DNA from: Candidatus Parvarchaeota archaeon
GTDB lineage: Archaea; Nanobdellota; Nanobdellia; WJKC01
Reading direction: 5' to 3'
Length of the DNA stretch: 63,187 bases
Assembly: GCA_017608505.1 (NCBI GenBank)
Contig: JAFCFT010000010.1
Location: 1-63,187, forward strand
Made by a program: the position numbers and the translations under genes. Below are positions 26,944 to 36,633 of the stretch, in pieces. Within the stretch, counting starts at the first letter, position 1. Every line of letters begins with the position of its first letter. Below the pieces are notes generated by a model. That model was not told where the DNA came from, did no database searches, and saw only the letters and a list, made by a program, of their open reading frames with translations.

Positions 26944-29892
26944 ATGGAAACAGGAGAGGACATAAAGCTTGAGAAAGTTTCTGAATACAAATGGGTCATT
27001 AAAAAATCTGGGAAAATGAAGGTTCCTGTAGTTGTGTTTGCTTCTGAAAGCTTGCTTAATCAAATGAAAAAAGATAGAACATTAATCCAACTGCGAAACA
27101 TGACTGAATTGCCGGGCATTTACAAGCATGCGATTTGCTTGCCTGACGGGCACCAAGGGTATGGCTTTCCAATTGGCGGCGTTGCAGCGCTCGACGTACA
27201 TACAGGCGGCATTAGTCCGGGAGGCATTGGCTATGACATAAACTGCCTTACGCCAGATACAAACATATTGACTTCTTTGGGTTATTATTGTAAAATTGAT
27301 GACTTATGCAATAATGATTTAGTAGCAAACAACAACTCATTTTTATTGTACAGATCTAAATGCGATGTTAATGCTATCTCATTTGACAAAAAAATTAAAA
27401 CTTCAAAAATAAATTATGTAATGAAAAAAAACACATACAAAACTATCTTAATTATTAAAACTTTGCTTGGAAGAATAATTAAGTGTTCAAAAGATCATCC
27501 AATTCTTACAGACAAAGGGATGATTAAAGCTGGAGAATTAAAAGTAGAGGATCACGTTATTATAAATCCTTTTATTGGAGTAAAATATGAGGCGCCTGAT
27601 AAAGACCTAATAATTGACAACAATTCAGCTAAAGGACAAGAAAAAAGAGAACTTATTAAAAGAGGACTTTTGCCATTAAAAGAAGACAACCCCAAACTGC
27701 CGTACATAGCTAGATTATTAGGGTACTTATTAGGGGATGGCACAATATATTTTAGCGGAAAAAAAGGCTTTGTTAATTTTTATGGCAAGTACGAAGATTT
27801 GAAATTGATACAGAACGATTTAAGAATTTTAGGATACAGCTCAAAAATATATAGAAGAACCAGGAAATGCACTGTTGCAACTCAATACGGATCAAAAAGT
27901 TTTATTTCAAATAGTTGTGAATTGCATTGCAGTGCAAAAAGTCTAGCAAGATTGTTTATTGCTCTAGGGGCACCTGCTGGCAATAAAACAAGACAAGATT
28001 ATACAGTGCCTCAATGGATTATGAAATCAAAATTATGGATTAAAAGATTATTTTTATCAGGTTTTTTTAGTGCAGAACTAAGCAAGCCCAAACTAATGAG
28101 CAAATACAATTTTTATGCACCGATAATATCACAAAATAAATCAGAAAAACACATAGAATCAATGCATCAGTTCTTAGAACAAATAAGCGATTTATTAAAA
28201 GAATTTGATATAAAAATCAATAAAATTAGTTTAAGAAAAGAGCATTACAACAAACATGGTGAAAACACATACAGATTAAGACTAATTATTGCCAATGATT
28301 CAGATAATTTAATAAAATTGTATTCTAAAATAGGATTTGATTATAATCAAGAAAGACAAAAAATGGGTCTTTTGGCAGTTAATTATCTTTTGTACAAAGA
28401 AAGTGTTAAAAACATTAGAAAAGAGCTTGCAAAACAAGCAGTGCTTCTTAAAAATAAAGGTTTAAGCATTGCAGAAATATTAACAGAAATAAATTCAGAT
28501 ATCATTAATAAAAGATTTGTTGAGCGAAGTGTTTGGGGAGGCAGAAAAACAAACCCAAGGCCTTACAAGAATTTTATTACATTTGAAGAATTTACTGACA
28601 AAACAGTTTTTAGAGAATACTTAGTTAAAGATAAAATAATAAGCATTAAAGAAGAAAAATATGATGGCCTTCTTTATGATCTTAATGTAAACGACGAATC
28701 ACATAATTTTGTTGCAAATTCTTTTATAGTTTCCAACTGCGGCGTCAGAATGTACAGGACTAATTTAAAGAAAGAAGATGTGCTTCCAAAAATCAACAAA
28801 TTATTAGATGTGCTTTATGAAAATGTGCCTTGCGGAGTAGGCGTTGGAGGAAAACTTGGAAAAATTTCAATAGCTGAATTAAACAAAATACTTGACTATG
28901 GCGCTAAATGGGCTCTTGATAATGGGTATGCTTTAAAAGAAGATTTGACGCACACAGAAAATGAAGGTTCTCTTGAAGGAGACCACACGCTAGTGTCTCA
29001 AAGAGCTATTGAACGGGGAAGACCTCAGCTTGGAAGCCTTGGAGCAGGAAATCATTTCTTAGAAGTTCAAGTTGTTGACAAAATATACGATTATGAAGTT
29101 GCAAAAGCGTTTGGAATTGAATTTGAGGGGCAAGTTACAGGCATGATTCACTGCGGTTCAAGAGGACTAGGGCATCAAGTTTGCAGCGACTACTTAAGAA
29201 TGATGGAACGGGCGCATCCTGAAATAGTTAAGACTTTGCCTGATAGAGAATTAATTTACGCGCCTGCAGGAAGTAAAATTGCAGATGAGTACTTTAAAGC
29301 AATGAATGCTGCTGCAAATTATGCATGGACCAACAGACAATTAATACTTCACTGGGTTAGAGAAGCTTTTGAGAAAGTGTTTGGCAAAAAAGCCGAAGAC
29401 CTTGGCATGCGCCAAATATATGATGTGTGCCACAATATTTGCAAAATTGAAGAGCACGTTGTTGACGGCAAAAGAATAAAAGCGTATGTTCACAGAAAAG
29501 GGGCCACAAGAGCAATGCCAAAAGGCCACCCGCTAGTGCCTAAAACATACAAAGATGTTGGACAGCCAGTGCTTATCCCAGGCACAATGGGCACTGCAAG
29601 TTATGTGTTAGTGGGCGGCGAAAAAGCTCTTGAAGAGACTTTTGGCTCAACTGCCCACGGCGCAGGTAGAGTGCTGTCAAGGCATGCTGCTATTAAAAAA
29701 TACTGGGGAGAAACTGTTAAAAAAGAGTTAAAAAGCAAAGGCATCGCAATAAAAGCAAGAAGCATGAAAGGCATTTCAGAAGAATCTCCTGGCGCTTACA
29801 AAGACATAGATGAAGTTGTCAAAGTATCTGACGCAGTAGGCATAGGCAAGTTAGTGGCAAGATTAGTGCCATTAGGAGTCATTAAAGGATAA
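26944..29892 (+). CDS. rtcB: RNA-splicing ligase RtcB, interrupted by an intein
   Basis: Extein motifs GYGFPIGG, GIGYDIN|CGVR, GAGNHF, HCGSRGLGH, THGAG. The 484-aa extein plus 498-aa insert gives 982 aa. Confidence 0.9.
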   Translation: METGEDIKLEKVSEYKWVIKKSGKMKVPVVVFASESLLNQMKKDRTLIQLRNMTELPGIYKHAICLPDGHQGYGFPIGGVAALDVHTGGISPGGIGYDINCLTPDTNILTSLGYYCKIDDLCNNDLVANNNSFLLYRSKCDVNAISFDKKIKTSKINYVMKKNTYKTILIIKTLLGRIIKCSKDHPILTDKGMIKAGELKVEDHVIINPFIGVKYEAPDKDLIIDNNSAKGQEKRELIKRGLLPLKEDNPKLPYIARLLGYLLGDGTIYFSGKKGFVNFYGKYEDLKLIQNDLRILGYSSKIYRRTRKCTVATQYGSKSFISNSCELHCSAKSLARLFIALGAPAGNKTRQDYTVPQWIMKSKLWIKRLFLSGFFSAELSKPKLMSKYNFYAPIISQNKSEKHIESMHQFLEQISDLLKEFDIKINKISLRKEHYNKHGENTYRLRLIIANDSDNLIKLYSKIGFDYNQERQKMGLLAVNYLLYKESVKNIRKELAKQAVLLKNKGLSIAEILTEINSDIINKRFVERSVWGGRKTNPRPYKNFITFEEFTDKTVFREYLVKDKIISIKEEKYDGLLYDLNVNDESHNFVANSFIVSNCGVRMYRTNLKKEDVLPKINKLLDVLYENVPCGVGVGGKLGKISIAELNKILDYGAKWALDNGYALKEDLTHTENEGSLEGDHTLVSQRAIERGRPQLGSLGAGNHFLEVQVVDKIYDYEVAKAFGIEFEGQVTGMIHCGSRGLGHQVCSDYLRMMERAHPEIVKTLPDRELIYAPAGSKIADEYFKAMNAAANYAWTNRQLILHWVREAFEKVFGKKAEDLGMRQIYDVCHNICKIEEHVVDGKRIKAYVHRKGATRAMPKGHPLVPKTYKDVGQPVLIPGTMGTASYVLVGGEKALEETFGSTAHGAGRVLSRHAAIKKYWGETVKKELKSKGIAIKARSMKGISEESPGAYKDIDEVVKVSDAVGIGKLVARLVPLGVIKG
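27244..28737 (+). other. intein with LAGLIDADG homing-endonuclease domain
   Basis: Starts CLTPDTNIL (block A), SKDHPILT (block B), LLGYLLGDG and FLSGFFSAE (LAGLIDADG x2), ends HNFVANSFIVSN followed by the +1 Cys of the conserved DIN-C-GVR motif. Confidence 0.85.
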
Positions 29893-29893
29893 T

Positions 29894-30531
29894 ATGAAAA
29901 TCATAGCTATAGATACTGCTAAAGGATTGAGATACACCGGGGCTGTTTCGGGGTATCATGAACAATTTAATAATTTTTATAACATAATGGACAAAATCTT
30001 AGCAAAAGCAGGCGCACATTCCCCATACCATTGGCATAAAATAAATAGAAAAATTAGAGACAAAGTAAGAGTTTCTTTTAATAATCTGGTTAATGAGTCA
30101 CAATTAAATTTTAATATATTTGATCATGAAAGACCTCCAAAACAAGAAAGAAAAATATTTTATATTGACAGATTGCCAAAGTCAATTACAGAAAATTACG
30201 TTTCATGGCTCAAATATAAAAGGGGTGCTGTAGTAATCAAAGTTGATAATGATTTTAATATAAAAACCTTCCAAACGGAACAGATCATTTTATAAAAAAT
30301 TTAATGACTCAATTTTCTTTAAAACTTGCGAATAAAAAATCTAAGATTAGAAAAGAAGGAGTCTATAAGATGACAATAAAACAGCCAAATGGATTTATTC
30401 TAGATTTCTATGGCAAAAAGTCGTCTATAATTGAATCTAAAGAGATACAAATTTTAGATATATTTCTTGGCTATTGTTTAGAAAAAAAGTCTAAATTTAA
30501 ACGGGAGAGTTTCTTTATTAGAAGAATATAA
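29894..30531 (+). pseudogene. hypothetical gene split by a frameshift at an A5 run (weakly DUF3800-like)
   Basis: ORFs 29894..30295 and 30304..30531 join (…VDNDFNIK / NLPNGTDHFIKNLMTQF…) with a 1-nt shift at AAAAA 30262..30266. N-terminal IIAIDTAKG and C-terminal EIQILDIFLGY faintly resemble DUF3800. Confidence 0.35.
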
Positions 30532-30532
30532 G

Positions 30533-30603
30533 CTCCTGTCTAACGACAGGAGGCGAGTTATTAACGATCTTAAGGCAACGGCCACAATGGCTCATACCTT
30601 AAG
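30533..30603 (+). ncRNA. two GC-rich hairpins immediately 3' of the stop codon (function unknown)
   Basis: CTCCTGTC-TAAC-GACAGGAG (30533..30552) and CTTAAGG...CCTTAAG (30569..30603) with a nested GGCCA/TGGCT stem. Confidence 0.25.
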
Positions 30604-30674
30604 ACCTACAACTCAAATATTATTTAAAAGATAAGTGTTTATAAGTTTTATTGCTTAAAATTATAGAGGACTTT

Positions 30675-30691
30675 GTTATTTAACAAATAAC
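30675..30691. promoter_or_regulatory. palindrome GTTATTT-AAC-AAATAAC upstream of 30728 gene
   Basis: Perfect 7-bp inverted repeat 37 nt upstream of the ATG, followed by the A/T-rich box AAATTTAAAAATA. Confidence 0.25.
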
Positions 30692-30727
30692 GAAAAATTT
30701 AAAAATACGCCACAATGAAAGATAAAT

Positions 30728-31150
30728 ATGCCTGGAGAATTTCATCCAAGCGATGGCCCTGAGAACTACTTAATGAAGATATATTTAAATGAAAATAATA
30801 TTAATAAAATATTGGATAGAAAATGCCTTGATACTGATTTTTTATATGAAACAAGCGTTAGAAAACCTGTAATTAAAAAAGGGTCTGTTGCAAACAGAAA
30901 AATAACATACTTAAACCTTTCTGACGCTTTGCGCGCAATAGTTAGCTTCCCAAAAAACGAATTTGTATTAAAAGATTTATTTGATTTTTACAATATTGAA
31001 TTAACAATAGAAGCTTCAACAAAGTTGGAAAAAGAGTTGGGGCAAATAGGAATATATAGAAATATAAACGACAATTTCTTTCATAGGAACGAGATATACA
31101 AAAAATATGCGCTTATTAATTATTTAAGAAAGCATTCTCTCAATCCTTAA
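30728..31150 (+). CDS. hypothetical protein
   Basis: 140-aa ORF with no motif. Confidence 0.4.
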   Translation: MPGEFHPSDGPENYLMKIYLNENNINKILDRKCLDTDFLYETSVRKPVIKKGSVANRKITYLNLSDALRAIVSFPKNEFVLKDLFDFYNIELTIEASTKLEKELGQIGIYRNINDNFFHRNEIYKKYALINYLRKHSLNP

Positions 31151-32329
31151 AAGCCTGTTGTATTTGCATACGCGTTCTCCTCTGCACGGCGCGCCGGTTT
31201 TTATTAATCCGCAACCAAGTCCGACAGCAAGGTCTGCTATAAAGTCGTCGCAAGTTTCTCCAGAACGGTGGGAAACAATCACTTTGATGCTGTTGTTCAT
31301 TGCAAGCTCAGCAACTTTTAGCGTTTCTGTAAGAGTGCCTATTTGATTTGGCTTTAAGATTATTGCATCGCAGGCTTTATTTTCAATAGCTTGTCTCAGC
31401 CTAAAAGGATTTGTCACAATTAAATCATCGCCAACAATGTCAACATTTTTTATTCGTTTTCTTAACTCAGCAAAGCCTTCCCAGTCATCTTCGTGCAAAG
31501 GATCTTCAATGCTTGTTATCGGGTAATCTTGTGTAAGTTTTTCATAGTAATCCATTAACTTTTCTTTATTAAGCTTCTTTCCATCCACAAAATAATTTCC
31601 ATCTTTGTAAAATGTGGATGCTGCAGCATCTATGGCAACTAAAGCATCATTTCCTGAGCCATAAATTGCCTTCATTATTAGATCCAAAGCTTCAGTTGCT
31701 TTTTTTATTGGGGGTGCAAACCCGCCTTCGTCGCCAACGCTTATTGCGCGTTTTCCGTAATTGCTTAAAAGCATCTCTTTTAGCGCATGATATATTTCAA
31801 CACCAACTCTTAATGCCTCTTTAAAAGTCTTTGCCTTTGGAACAACCATAAATTCTTGAAATGAAGTGTTGCATCCTCCGTGCAGACCCCCGTTTATAAT
31901 ATTATAATATGGGGTTGGCATTAATTTTCGTCCTAAAAGCTCGTAAGGCTCAACGCCCTTTGTCTTGGCGTTTAACTTAAAGCATGCAATGCTTACGCCA
32001 AGAATTGCATTTGCGCCCAGCTTAGATTTATTCACAGTGCCGTCAAGTTTTATTAAAATGTCATCAATAAGCTCTTGTTTTGCAAGACTGCGCCCTATTA
32101 ACTTGGGTTTTATTATTTTCTCCACGTTATCCACTGCTTTAAGCACTCCAAGCCCTCCATATCTTTTTCCGCCGTCCCTTAACTCCACAGCTTCGTATTT
32201 TCCTTTGCTTGCGCCTGACGGGACGCTTGCTTTAGCACTAATTTTTTCAGAATAAGCAGTGACTTCGACAGTAGGATTCCCCCGAGAATCAAGAATTTCC
32301 AAAGCCTTTAGTCCAGTAAGCTTTGCCAT
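31124..32329 (-). CDS. eno: enolase
   Basis: MAKLTGLKALEILDSRGNPTVEV start, SGETCD, KPNQIGT. The ORF-track N-terminal extension to 32710 is not enolase-like. Confidence 0.9.
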   Translation of the reverse strand: MAKLTGLKALEILDSRGNPTVEVTAYSEKISAKASVPSGASKGKYEAVELRDGGKRYGGLGVLKAVDNVEKIIKPKLIGRSLAKQELIDDILIKLDGTVNKSKLGANAILGVSIACFKLNAKTKGVEPYELLGRKLMPTPYYNIINGGLHGGCNTSFQEFMVVPKAKTFKEALRVGVEIYHALKEMLLSNYGKRAISVGDEGGFAPPIKKATEALDLIMKAIYGSGNDALVAIDAAASTFYKDGNYFVDGKKLNKEKLMDYYEKLTQDYPITSIEDPLHEDDWEGFAELRKRIKNVDIVGDDLIVTNPFRLRQAIENKACDAIILKPNQIGTLTETLKVAELAMNNSIKVIVSHRSGETCDDFIADLAVGLGCGLIKTGAPCRGERVCKYNRLLRIERMLS

Positions 32330-32393
32330 TGCGCATAATATAATAAATGCGAAAATAAAAGATTTTATATTATTATGCATAAGTAAATTTATT

Positions 32394-33482
32394 GTGTTAA
32401 ACAGTCCATTGATAGTTGGCGCAGGACCCGCAGGCTTAAGAATAGCAAATAATTTGCTTAGAGCAGGGTTTGAGCCTGTAATTTTAGAAGAGCATGAAAC
32501 AATAGGCAAGCCTGTGCAATGCGCAGGGCTGGTGAGCACAAACATATTAAAGATATGCGATGTCCCAAAGTCATGCATGCTTAACAAGATATATGGCGCA
32601 AGATTTGTAGGCAAAAATGCATCAACTTTGATTTTATCTAATAAAGTGCAAGCTTTTGTAATTGACAGGGAGGCTTTTGACAAATCTTTAGTAAATGATA
32701 AGGTTTGCATTCTAAAGGGCCACAGAGTCTATAAGCATGAATACACTAAGAAAGGCATCAGGGTCATGACAGAAAGGTCTGCGTTTTCATCAAAACTGCT
32801 TGTTGATTGCTCAGGGCCAAAAAGAGACACCAAGTTGCTCACTGGGATCCAAGCAAGAGTAAGGTTGCCGCACGATCCAACGTATGTGGAACTGCATTTT
32901 GACGCTTGCAAAGACTTTTTTGGGTGGATAGTGCCTGAAAGTGATGAAATATCAAGAGTTGGGCTTGCAACTGCATACAAGCCAAAAGAACACTTTAATG
33001 CATTCCTAAAAAAGTTGAATATAGACAAAATTATTGAATTAACAGGCGGTCAGATTCCTGTAAGTCTTGCTTCTTTTTGCAATGATAATTTCATAAGAGT
33101 TGGTGACAGCGCAGGGCAAGTAAAAGCTACAACAGGAGGGGGCATAATAACAGGCCTGTTAAGCGCTGACATAGCATCAAAAGCGGTTGTCAAAGCGTAT
33201 GAATGCAACAACTTTAGCAAAGAGTTTTTCCTAGAGAATTATTACAAGCCTTTTATGAAGTCTGTTGGAAAAGAATTAAAACTTCATGCAAAATTAAGAA
33301 CAATTCTCAACTCCATTGACAGCGATTCGCTTGTCAAGTTTCTCGAAAGAAATAAAAAAATTTTGATAAAGCACGGAGACATGGATTTTCCAAGCAGATA
33401 TGCATACAAGCTTGCAACAAATCCTTTAAATTGGAAGATTCTTCTAAAATCCTTATATGAACTTATGCGAACAATGTATTAA
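32394..33482 (+). CDS. geranylgeranyl reductase-family FAD-dependent oxidoreductase
   Basis: Dinucleotide fold LIVGAGPAGLRIANNL...ILEE and VGDSAGQVKATTGGGI. Probable GTG start at 32394, divergent from eno. Confidence 0.75.
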   Translation: MLNSPLIVGAGPAGLRIANNLLRAGFEPVILEEHETIGKPVQCAGLVSTNILKICDVPKSCMLNKIYGARFVGKNASTLILSNKVQAFVIDREAFDKSLVNDKVCILKGHRVYKHEYTKKGIRVMTERSAFSSKLLVDCSGPKRDTKLLTGIQARVRLPHDPTYVELHFDACKDFFGWIVPESDEISRVGLATAYKPKEHFNAFLKKLNIDKIIELTGGQIPVSLASFCNDNFIRVGDSAGQVKATTGGGIITGLLSADIASKAVVKAYECNNFSKEFFLENYYKPFMKSVGKELKLHAKLRTILNSIDSDSLVKFLERNKKILIKHGDMDFPSRYAYKLATNPLNWKILLKSLYELMRTMY

Positions 33483-34017
33483 AGAAGGCGGCGGATGCTG
33501 CAATAATACAGAGTCAGCAATATTTGTAACGCTTCATGACGCACTAAGAATCAAAAAAGCAACTGGCTTAGAATTTGATGAATTCCTTGCATTCGATAAA
33601 ATCCCTGACGCATGGTTTAAAGAATTAAAAAAAGCGCAAGACGCTTTTTTAAACATGTTTGTTGATAATAAAATTCTGCAATTGAAGTTAACAGACAAAG
33701 GGTGCCCCTTTCTCGGGCCAAAAGGCTGTTTAATCTTTAAGCATAGGCCTGGTTTGTGCAGGCTTTTCCCATTTAATTACAAGATAATTAAAGGCAAAGT
33801 TGTTCTCTCATTTGAAAAATTAGAGGACTGCACTATTGTCGAAAAACATGCAGACCCAGAACGCGCTTTAAAAGAAATGGGAGAAAATGTCGAAGAATTT
33901 AAAAAGTTCTGCAAAAGATATGACAAAGAGTTGGATATGTATCTTGAATACGTTCCTTTAATTTCTAAAGGCGTCCCGCTTGAACGCATAATTAAAAAAT
34001 TTAAAATAAAGGTTTAA
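33457..34017 (+). CDS. YkgJ-family cysteine-cluster protein (CxxCxxCC, UPF0153)
   Basis: CEQCIKEGGGCC ... GCPFLGPKGCLIF ... PGLCRLFPF. Confidence 0.7.
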   Translation: MNLCEQCIKEGGGCCNNTESAIFVTLHDALRIKKATGLEFDEFLAFDKIPDAWFKELKKAQDAFLNMFVDNKILQLKLTDKGCPFLGPKGCLIFKHRPGLCRLFPFNYKIIKGKVVLSFEKLEDCTIVEKHADPERALKEMGENVEEFKKFCKRYDKELDMYLEYVPLISKGVPLERIIKKFKIKV

Positions 34018-35395
34018 GCCAAAATAAAGTGCCAATAGCATTTATAGTTATGTGTGTTGATATTGCAGACTCTAAGCCCCATTTGTCTCTTAAATACCCA
34101 AGAATAATGCCCATAACAAAAGTGGATATGAACCCTAAATACAATACAGGATTGTTAAGCAAAGTTAGATTGATGCCGTTTATTAAAAACATTAAGGATT
34201 GGGTTATTATTGCATTGCGCTTTCTCATTCTTGCTTTTAAACTGCGTTGAATGGCGCCTCTATAAAGAAGTTCTGCTCCAAGAGGCAAGACAATAACATT
34301 TCCAATAAATGCAATTAAAATATTGTACATAGTATCTTTAAAATAAAATTTTGGCAGTTCTGGAAGCACTGTTGAAAGAAACAGATTAATAAGCCCGTAA
34401 ACAACCATTGCTGCAAATCCAAAAATGATGCCTATTAGCCATTCTTTAACTTCGCCATCATAATTCAAATTGTAAATTTTTAAGTTTCTTTTTTTAAGAT
34501 AAATAACAGCCATCAAAATCATGAATAATCCTTGAATTAAAGGAATGGTCCAAAAAACATCCAAATTATTTTTGACAACAAACATTTCAAAAAGAATAAG
34601 CCCCACTACAAGCCACACATTTGCAAAAAACATTATAAAAGCGTCTTTAAATACAGCATCTGCAGCTCTTGCTTGCCTTAATTCAAGCTTTTCAAGATAC
34701 AGTTTTCTTTTTAATTCTTGGCGCTTTAATCTTTCAACATGCTGTTCAGCAGTTTCAGTCATAGGAGTGAGTTCCCTAACAAATTTAAATACATATATCA
34801 AAAGAATAAGCAAGGCTATTGAAGCGATAAAAGTTGCCCAATCTAAAGGAATTTGCGTGTATACTAATACAATAGCGATGTATGCTGTCATATTCGTAGG
34901 TATTGAAGAATTAATAAAAAATGCAATTCGTTTTGGTATTGCATGAAAATAATTAATTATTAGCTGCACCAAACTTATTGTGCCAATGCCAATGACAAGC
35001 CAGATTTTGTATGAAGGGGGATTAATCAAATCAAACGTTGCCCAGCCGAATTTATTGTATAAAAATTGAAGCAAGTTCATGCTTACAAATATTAAAGCTA
35101 TTGAATTGCCAAATGCAGTGTTCCACCCTAATTCTTCTTCTCTATGTCTTCCAAAATACAACTGCATAAGGACCATAGAAATTATTAATGGAATCACTAT
35201 CCAAAACACGCCAGGCTCATTAAACGGCACAGTCACAACTTCAATAAATCTTGGAACCGCCTTGCTTATAAAAAACTGCAATATTGCTGAAGTAATTCCA
35301 TTTAAAGAGTCTGTTAATGGCGTGCTAATGCTTGGCAAAGGGCTTCGAATCGTCAAATTCTGAATAGTGGCATTTACAGTCTCATTTAGCACCAT
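34001..35395 (-). CDS. polytopic membrane protein with C-terminal CPBP (CAAX) intramembrane protease domain
   Basis: GAELLYRGAIQ (ExxxR motif) and ...STHITINAI (His motif) in the last ~100 aa. More than 10 TM segments. Confidence 0.65.
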   Translation of the reverse strand: MVLNETVNATIQNLTIRSPLPSISTPLTDSLNGITSAILQFFISKAVPRFIEVVTVPFNEPGVFWIVIPLIISMVLMQLYFGRHREEELGWNTAFGNSIALIFVSMNLLQFLYNKFGWATFDLINPPSYKIWLVIGIGTISLVQLIINYFHAIPKRIAFFINSSIPTNMTAYIAIVLVYTQIPLDWATFIASIALLILLIYVFKFVRELTPMTETAEQHVERLKRQELKRKLYLEKLELRQARAADAVFKDAFIMFFANVWLVVGLILFEMFVVKNNLDVFWTIPLIQGLFMILMAVIYLKKRNLKIYNLNYDGEVKEWLIGIIFGFAAMVVYGLINLFLSTVLPELPKFYFKDTMYNILIAFIGNVIVLPLGAELLYRGAIQRSLKARMRKRNAIITQSLMFLINGINLTLLNNPVLYLGFISTFVMGIILGYLRDKWGLESAISTHITINAIGTLFWLKPLF

Positions 35396-35417
35396 TAATT
35401 TTCATAATGCGCTGCAC

Positions 35418-36617
35418 TTATTTAAGGATTATTTTAAAAGGATTTTTCAATTTTCTTAAATGCTTCTTGTCAGCAAAAACCCTTATGCGCCACGTGCTAT
35501 TGTATGCCTCATTTATGACTTTAGCCATTAAACTGACAGCTGTTATTTTTTTCAACCCTTTTTTTGTCAGTACTTTGATTTTAGACTCCTTCATAACAGG
35601 GATTTTTGGAATATCCACTAATATCTCTCCATCGTTTGCGCCGGCAATGCCTGCTAATTTTCTTTCAAATTCTTCTTTTGCATCCCAATTGGCGCCTAAT
35701 TTTGCAATAATCTTTTTTTCTTGAGAATTCAAATCGCCGTATTGCACTGCTGACACTTCTTTTAACAGTCTTCTTTTAAGCAATCTTTCAACTTGCATTT
35801 TAATTTCTTTAATGCCTGAATTTTGAAGTTTATAAATAACTTCTGAGTCAGTCATTTTAAACAAATCATCTTTTTTCAAGACATTATTTTCAAGCGCTTT
35901 GTTAAGGCAATAACACAACATTGCATCACCAACTCTTGAAATCCTGTGGCCATACACAGTTTCGCGCATTATGTAACGCGTGAATAGCAAAGTCTCTGCT
36001 GCAGAAAGCCCTTTTTCATCCAAAACTACATTTTCTTTATATTTTCTTAAAGTGCATAATAACCTGTCGGCATCAACAGCCCTTCCATAGGCAACTCCGC
36101 AGTGATGAGCATCCCTTAAAAGATAATCTATTCTATCAACATCCACATCGCTGTCTAATATTTGATGACTTACTAATTTATCGCGCTCTATTATTTTTAT
36201 AATGTTTTTGGGATCTATCCCTCCTTTTTCCAATACATTATACAATTCTGAATTTTTAATTATTTCAATTGACTTTTTTTCATGGTCTTCTTTTAAGAAC
36301 ATTTCCACCAAATGAGAAAATGCAGGGTGCCCAATGTCATGCACTAATGCTGCAACTCTTAATTCTGCCAAATCTTTGCCAGAAATGCCTAACTCCTTGC
36401 CAGCCTTGTCTGCCAAATGCATTGTGCCCACAGAATGTTCAAATCTAGTGTGCATTGCTCCTGGATAAACAAGATAGACCATGGATAGCTGTTTTATGTG
36501 AAGCAGTCTTTGAAATACGCTGCATTCTATTATGTCTCTCTCAACATCATTTATTTTTACATTGCCATGAATTGGGTCTCTTATAATCATATTACTAAAG
36601 TTTTTAAACACATGCAA
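35418..36617 (-). CDS. HD-domain phosphohydrolase (dNTPase/SAMHD1-like)
   Basis: RFEHSVGT, AALVHDIGHPAFSH, DVDRIDYLLRDAHHCGV. Confidence 0.8.
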   Translation of the reverse strand: MHVFKNFSNMIIRDPIHGNVKINDVERDIIECSVFQRLLHIKQLSMVYLVYPGAMHTRFEHSVGTMHLADKAGKELGISGKDLAELRVAALVHDIGHPAFSHLVEMFLKEDHEKKSIEIIKNSELYNVLEKGGIDPKNIIKIIERDKLVSHQILDSDVDVDRIDYLLRDAHHCGVAYGRAVDADRLLCTLRKYKENVVLDEKGLSAAETLLFTRYIMRETVYGHRISRVGDAMLCYCLNKALENNVLKKDDLFKMTDSEVIYKLQNSGIKEIKMQVERLLKRRLLKEVSAVQYGDLNSQEKKIIAKLGANWDAKEEFERKLAGIAGANDGEILVDIPKIPVMKESKIKVLTKKGLKKITAVSLMAKVINEAYNSTWRIRVFADKKHLRKLKNPFKIILK

Positions 36618-36633
36618 ACATTAATAACTTACG

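Noticed and set aside
32330-32710. N-terminal 127-aa extension of the enolase ORF
   Set aside because: The enolase homology begins at MAKLTGLKALEILDSRGNP (ATG 32329). The extension overlaps the divergent reductase gene and has no enolase-like sequence.
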